Assembly (NCBI RefSeq): GCF_965237495.1
Contig: NZ_OZ250143.1
Location: 515,918 to 579,917 of the forward strand
Reading direction: 5' to 3'
DNA: 64,000 nucleotides
From: Candidatus Palauibacter sp.
Lineage (GTDB): Bacteria > Gemmatimonadota > Gemmatimonadetes > Palauibacterales > Palauibacteraceae
The notes beneath the pieces are model-generated. The model was not told the DNA's origin and searched no databases. It saw only the letters and a list, made by a program, of their open reading frames with translations. Below are positions 58,768-64,000 of this stretch, one piece after another (positions within the stretch are counted from its first letter, which is position 1; each line of letters begins with the position of its first letter). The position numbers and the translations under genes were made by a program.

Positions 58768-59343
58768 TCATTGGGACCCGCCGGGGGACCCGCCGGCCTT
58801 GAGCAGGCGGGCGAGCGCATCCTCCATTGCGGTCCGGACCTCGCCGCCCCAGGCGGTCAGAAGCACCGTCTCGAGCGCGTCGTCGCGGGCCAGCGCCTCG
58901 GCCACCGTCTCGACCGCGATCCGGCAGGCGGGCCCCACCGGGTATCCGAACGTCCCGCAACTGATGGCCGGGAAGGCGACGGTTCGAAGCCCGATCCCGA
59001 TCGCGAGCCGGAGCGACTCCTGATAGCAGGAGGCGAGCAGCCCCCTCTCCCCCCGGCCTCCACCCTGCCACACCGGCCCCACCGCGTGGATCAGGTAGCG
59101 GGCCGGGAGCCGGAAGCCCGGCGTGATGCGAGCTTCGCCCGTCGGACAGCGCACACCCGGGTGCGCCTCCGGCAGCGCCCGGCAGGCCCGCAGAAGCTCG
59201 GGCCCGGCGGCCTTGTGGATCGCCCCGTCCACGCCGCCGCCCCCCGCCAGTTGCTCGTTGGCCGCGTTCACGATCGCGTCCACACGTATCGTCGTGAGGT
59301 CGCCGCCCCAGATCCTGAGGCGAGACTCGATCAACTCGATCAC
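58768..59343 (-). CDS. Macrodomain O-acetyl-ADP-ribose deacetylase (YmdB-like)
   Basis: GDLT, DAIVNAAN..LAGGGGVDGAIH, IHAVGP, FPAISCGTFGYP. Confidence 0.93.
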   Translation of the reverse strand: MIELIESRLRIWGGDLTTIRVDAIVNAANEQLAGGGGVDGAIHKAAGPELLRACRALPEAHPGVRCPTGEARITPGFRLPARYLIHAVGPVWQGGGRGERGLLASCYQESLRLAIGIGLRTVAFPAISCGTFGYPVGPACRIAVETVAEALARDDALETVLLTAWGGEVRTAMEDALARLLKAGGSPGGSQ

Positions 59344-59444
59344 CGCACCCCCTTTGCCGCCGACACTCCGTGGTCCTTAGGTTTCCGATTCCGAGACGCG
59401 TTCCGGAGCCGGGCACCCGTGTACCCATTCCGAGAGGATGGCTG

Positions 59445-61013
59445 TTGCGCAAGCTTCGCATAGGGATTGTGGATCTGGTCGCCAAGGGGCCGACGAAGGC
59501 GCTCTACGCGAAGGTCATGCACGCGAACCTCGCGAGCATCATGCCTCAGGTGCTCGCCGTGTGGTGCGAGGAGGCCGGCCACGACGTGAGCCTCGTCTGC
59601 TACACCGGCCTCGAGGACCTCGTCGACGACCTCCCGGAGGATATCGACCTCCTCTTCGTCGGCGCCTTCTCCCAGGGGGCCCAGCTCGCCTATGCGATCA
59701 GCGAGATGTTCCGCCGGCGCGGTGCCGTCACCTGCGTCGGCGGGCCGCACGCGCGCTGCTATCCGCAGGATGCGCAGAAGTACTTCGACTACGTGTTCGG
59801 CTTCACCGACAAGGCCACGCTGAACGAAGTGCTGGACGACTGCCAGCCGCACCGCCCGCTGGGCCGCCACGTGACGGCCGAGATGCAGCCACTCTCCCTG
59901 CCTGGAGTACGGGCGCGCTGGAAGTACATCGAACCGACGCTCGAGAAGGCGCCGCTGATCAAGATAGTCCCCATGATCGGCAGTCTCGGGTGCCCCTACA
60001 CATGCAGCTTCTGCATCGATTCGGTCGTTCCCTACCAGCCGCTCGACTTCGACGAGATGCGCGACGACCTCCGCTTCATCGCGCGCAAGATGAAGAAGCC
60101 GATGGTCGGCTGGCACGACCCAAACTTCGGCGTCCGCTTCGACGACCATCTGGGCGCGATCGAGGAAGCCGTTCCGCCGGGAACCATCCAGTTCATCGCC
60201 GAGAGCAGCCTGTCGCTCCTCGCCGAGCCGCGCCTCAAGCGTCTGGCGAAGAACGGGTTCCGCGCCATCCTCCCCGGCATCGAGTCCTGGTACATGCTCG
60301 GGAACAAGTCGAAGTCGCGGAACCGCCACGGCATGGAGAAGGTCAGGCAGGTGTCGGAGCACTCGAACCTCATCACGAGTTACATCCCCTATCTCCAGAC
60401 CAACTTCGTGATGGGGCTGGACTGCGACGAAGGTCCCGATCCCTTCGAGTTCACGAAGAGGTTCCTCGACGCGTCGCCCGCGGCTTTCCCCGCCTACTCG
60501 CTGCTCACGTCGTTCGGGCAGGCGGCGCCGCTGAACCTCGAGTACCAGAAGGAGGGACGGCTCCTCGGCTTCCCGTTCCACTTCCTCAACAACCATCACG
60601 CGATGAACCTGAAGCCGAAGAACTACGAGTGGATCGAGTTCTACGATCACGTGATCGATCTCTCGAAATACTCCTTCTCGAAGCGCGCCATCTGGCGACG
60701 GCTCAAGGCCAACAGAGGCGGCATCCCGCGCATCATGAACGTCGTGCGCGCGATCTCCTCCGAGGGGAAGGGGCGGATCGAGTACTTCAGCACCGTGCGT
60801 GAGAAGCTCGCGACGGACACGAAGTTCAGGGACTACTTCGAGGGAGAGTCGCAGGTGCTGCCGCAGTTCTTCATCGACCGGGTGAAGAACGACCTCGGTC
60901 CGCTGTGGGAGTTCCTGCCCGAGGGCGGGCTCGAACACGATCGCAACGCCTACCTCAAGAGCACCGGCGGCGTGCCGCGGGAGCAGGCGCGGGCCGGGGC
61001 GCTCGCCCACTAG
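59445..61013 (+). CDS. Cobalamin-binding radical SAM protein
   Basis: N-terminal B12-like domain (VGGPHA), SLGCPYTCSFC, DPNF, GIES, FVMGLD. Confidence 0.88.
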   Translation: MRKLRIGIVDLVAKGPTKALYAKVMHANLASIMPQVLAVWCEEAGHDVSLVCYTGLEDLVDDLPEDIDLLFVGAFSQGAQLAYAISEMFRRRGAVTCVGGPHARCYPQDAQKYFDYVFGFTDKATLNEVLDDCQPHRPLGRHVTAEMQPLSLPGVRARWKYIEPTLEKAPLIKIVPMIGSLGCPYTCSFCIDSVVPYQPLDFDEMRDDLRFIARKMKKPMVGWHDPNFGVRFDDHLGAIEEAVPPGTIQFIAESSLSLLAEPRLKRLAKNGFRAILPGIESWYMLGNKSKSRNRHGMEKVRQVSEHSNLITSYIPYLQTNFVMGLDCDEGPDPFEFTKRFLDASPAAFPAYSLLTSFGQAAPLNLEYQKEGRLLGFPFHFLNNHHAMNLKPKNYEWIEFYDHVIDLSKYSFSKRAIWRRLKANRGGIPRIMNVVRAISSEGKGRIEYFSTVREKLATDTKFRDYFEGESQVLPQFFIDRVKNDLGPLWEFLPEGGLEHDRNAYLKSTGGVPREQARAGALAH

Positions 61014-61073
61014 GACGAGGGGCCGCTGCGACGGGCGGCTCGATCGGGCCGCCCCGGGGTAGGTCGACACGCC

Positions 61074-61322
61074 ATGTCACGCGCATTCGTCAACGAAGAC
61101 GCGGCTCACGAACCCGAGCCGCGCTACACGCTCCCCCCGCGTGAGTCGCCACGGTTCGACGCGGCCGCGGCCCGAGCCCTTCTCGAAGGCGCCCACATCG
61201 GAAACACGCAGAGCGCCGAGGCCGCGACGGGCTACACGTGGGGCGATCCCGTCCTGATCCCGCACATCGAGGATCTCATCTGCGAAGCGGAGGGGCTCGG
61301 TGACGAGCGGATGGCTCGCCTC
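61074..61322 (+). pseudogene. Small hypothetical protein (MSRAFVNED...), 3' end apparently fused to the next gene
   Basis: Plausible protein to ...DERMARL, then the frame runs into out-of-frame sequence of the downstream lipoprotein. Confidence 0.55.
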
Positions 61323-61586
61323 GTGGGGCGCGGCCTGCGGCGACGACGGCGGCGAAGTCACGGGTCCCCGCGAGACGCCGAACCAGAGTCCCGTCGCGGT
61401 CGGCGAGATCGAGGCGCAGACCGCTTTCCTCGGCGATACCGTCGCGGTGGACGTGTCGAGTGCGTTCCGGGATCCCGACGGCGACCCCCTCACCTTCATG
61501 GCCGCCTCCTCGGACCCGTCGGTCGTCGGCACCTCCGTTTCGGGGAGTCGGGTCTGGCGTGTCGCGGGGCAGCGCGACCGTGACCG

Positions 61587-61627
61587 TGACGGCGCGCGAC
61601 CCTGACGGCGCGCGACCCTGACGGCGC
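61587..61627. repeat. 16-bp tandem duplication TGACGGCGCGCGACCC
   Basis: Two full copies (61587, 61603) plus a partial copy. Confidence 0.9.
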
Positions 61628-61658
61628 CGAGGCCCGCCAGAGTTTCAGCGTCGAGGTT

Positions 61659-62477
61659 CCGAACCGGGGTCCGATGGCCGTGGGGCAGATCCAGCCGCGG
61701 ACGATATTCCTCGGCGGGACCGCGACGGTGGACGCGTCCCCGGCCTTCAGCGATCCGGACGGCGACGAACTCAGCTTCGCCGCGGCCTCGTCGGACACGG
61801 CATCGGTGCTGGCGTCGGTCTCGGGCAGCGAAGTAACGCTGGAGGCGTTGAAGCGCGGGACCGCGATGGTGACGGTGACCGCGCGGGATGCGGACAGCCT
61901 CGAGGCCACCCTGAGCTTTGAAGTCACGGTCCCCAACCGGCCGCCAGCCGCCGTGGGCGAGATCGAGGCGCAGACGATATTCCTCGGCGAGACGGCGACG
62001 GTGGACGCGTCCCGGGCCTTCAGCGATCCGGACGGCGACGAGCTCAGCTTCGCCGCGGCCTCGTCGGACCCGGCATCGGTGCTGGCGTCGGTCTCGGGTA
62101 GCGAAGTAACGCTGGAAGCGCTGAAGCGCGGGACCGCGATGGTGACGGTGACCGCGCGGGATGCGGACAGCCTCGAGGCCACCCTGAGCTTTGAAGTCAC
62201 CGTCCCCAACCGGCCGCCAGCCGTCGTGGGCGAGATCGAGGTGCAGACGATATTCCTCGGCGGGACCGCGACGGTGGACGCGTCCGCCGCTTTCGGCGAT
62301 CCCGATGGCGACCCGCTCACCTTCGAGGCATCCTCGTCGGACACGGCTGTGGTCCGCGCCTCGTCTTCGGGCAGCGAGATGACGCTGGAAGGCCTGGGCC
62401 GCGGTGACGCGACGGTGAGCGTGACAGCCCGCGACACGCACGGCGGCGAGGTCGACCAGAGTTTCGAGGTGGCGGTG
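61659..62477 (+). repeat. 273-bp intragenic domain repeats
   Basis: Units start ~61659, 61932, 62205 with long near-identical stretches. Confidence 0.9.
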
Positions 62478-63287
62478 CCCAATCGGCCGCCCGCGGCGAC
62501 CGGCGAACTCCCGCCGCAAACACTGCTTCCCGGCGAGACGGTCACGGTGGACGTATCCACGGCGTTCAGTGATCCGGACGGAGATTCGCTCGCCTTCGAG
62601 GCGACCTCCTCGAACTTGGGGGTGCTCGGCGTCTCTCTCGCCGACCGCGTCGGCGAGGTCACGCTCGAAGGCGTGGCGCGGGGAACGGCAACCGTGTCAG
62701 TCACGGCGCGCGACCCGGACGGCGCCGAGGCTGGCCAACGCTTCGAGGTCACGGTCCGGAACCGGAATCCCGTGGTCGTGAGCGACCTTCCTCCCCGGAC
62801 GTTGCTCCCGGGCCAAACTGTGACGGTCGATGTGGCGGGGGTGTTCCGCGATCCCGATGGCGACCCGCTCACCTTCGAGGCATCGTCGTCGGATACGGAA
62901 GTGGCCGCTGTCTCCGCCATCGCCAGCGAGGTGACGGTGCGGGGCGTCTCGAAGGGCACCGCGACGGTAACGGTGACGGCCCGGGACGACCACGGAGGCG
63001 ACGTGCGGCAGAGCTTCAGCGTAAAAGTCCCGAACGGGCGGCCGGTCATCAGCGGAGCGATTCCGGCGCAGACCGTGGAGGAGGGCGCGACGACGACCGT
63101 GGATGTCGCTTCCTACTTCAGCGATCCGGACGGCGATGCCCTCGATTTCGGCGCTTCGTCGTCCAACGCAGCGGTGGCCGATGTGTCCACGTCAGGGAGC
63201 GGCGTGACCATCGAAGGGGTGACCGCCGGGTCCGCGTCCGTCACGGTCGCCGCGCGAGATCCGGACGGCGGCGAGGCACGTCAGAGC

Positions 63288-64000
63288 TTCGGCGTGACGG
63301 TGAGGCCGCCGCCCCCACCCAACCAGAGGCCGGTGGTGTCGAGCGCGATCCCGGCGCAGACCGTGCGGGAGAACGTGAGCGTCTCGGTGGATCTGGACGG
63401 CCACTTCCGCGACCCGGAAGGCGGCGCGCTGGACTACGGCGCGGCGAGTTCCAACGAAGGCGTGGCGACGGCGGACATTTCCGGCAGCGACGTGGTGGTG
63501 GGAGGGGTGCGTGAGGGGACGGCCACGGTGACGGTGACGGCGACGGATCCCGGAGGCCTGAGCGCCGACCAGGAGTTCGGCGTGACGGTGAGGCCGCCGC
63601 CCCCACCCAACCAGAGGCCGGTGGTGTCGAGCGCGATCCCGGCGCAGACCGTGCGGGAGAACGCGAGCGTCTCGGTGGATCTGGACGGCCACTTCCGCGA
63701 CCCGGAAGGCGGCGCGCTGGACTACGGCGCGACGAGTTCCGACGAAGGCGTGGCGACGGCGGACATTTCCGGCAGCGACGTGGTGGTGGGAGGGGTGCGT
63801 GAGGGGACGGCCACGGTGACGGTGACGGCGACGGATCCCGGAGGCCTGAGCGCCGACCAGGAGTTCGGCGTGACGGTGAGGCCGCCGCCCCCACCCAACC
63901 AGAGGCCGGTGGTGTCGAGCGCGATCCCGGCGCAGACCGTGCGGGAGAACGCGAGCATCTCGGTGGATCTGGACGGCCACTTCCGCGATCCGGAAGGCGG
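63288..64000 (+). repeat. 288-bp near-identical intragenic domain repeats
   Basis: AACCAGAGGCCGGTGGTGTCGAGC at 63321, 63609, 63897. Confidence 0.93.

Larger units (their letters stand above)
61315..64000 (+). pseudogene. Large Ig/cadherin-like repeat surface lipoprotein, 5' end damaged; continues past window
   Basis: GAAC lipobox without full signal; about 10 repeats PNxxP...VDVS.AF.DPDGD.L.F.A.SSD...ATVTVTARD; frame breaks at ~61555 and 61587-61618; long open frame from ~61620 to the end. Confidence 0.85.

Noticed and set aside
61659-64000. Long repeats as CRISPR or non-coding array
   Set aside because: Periods of 273 and 288 bp are multiples of 3 and encode in-frame Ig-like domains

Overview
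High-GC bacterial chromosomal window. The gene repertoire suggests Gemmatimonadota, possibly a Ca. Palauibacter-like host-associated lineage (inference only). 1-10.2 kb is a defence island: a C5 cytosine methyltransferase coupled to a GHKL/MORC-type ATPase (cut by the window edge and missing from the ORF track), a divergent Type III R-M mod-res pair whose mod is cleanly split by an IS3 element (ATAC target duplication), and a VapBC-type TA pair with a perfect operator palindrome. Next come typA, secreted/lipoprotein genes, a Cys-rich secreted protein + beta-propeller pair behind a 6x13-bp tandem repeat, an orphan GroES, two abutting paralogues of an unknown Zn-finger membrane protein, a PadR/HAAS-like/ExbB-like operon and a form II CoxSLM-like molybdenum hydroxylase. 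A patchwork insert (cupin remnant, Tat-lipoprotein flavin oxidase with an ATC start, Mrr-like domain, IS1380) is followed by ggt, TetR-OMF-MFP-RND-cysC, an aldehyde dehydrogenase, a non-Tat DMSO-reductase-family complex, transporters and a serine hydrolase. The right end holds a defence-type ABC/AAA ATPase split by IS1182 (CTAG duplication), a B12 radical SAM gene and a damaged Ig/cadherin-repeat surface protein running off the window. I recognised no rRNA, tRNA or CRISPR array. All family assignments come from motifs read by eye; no searches were run.
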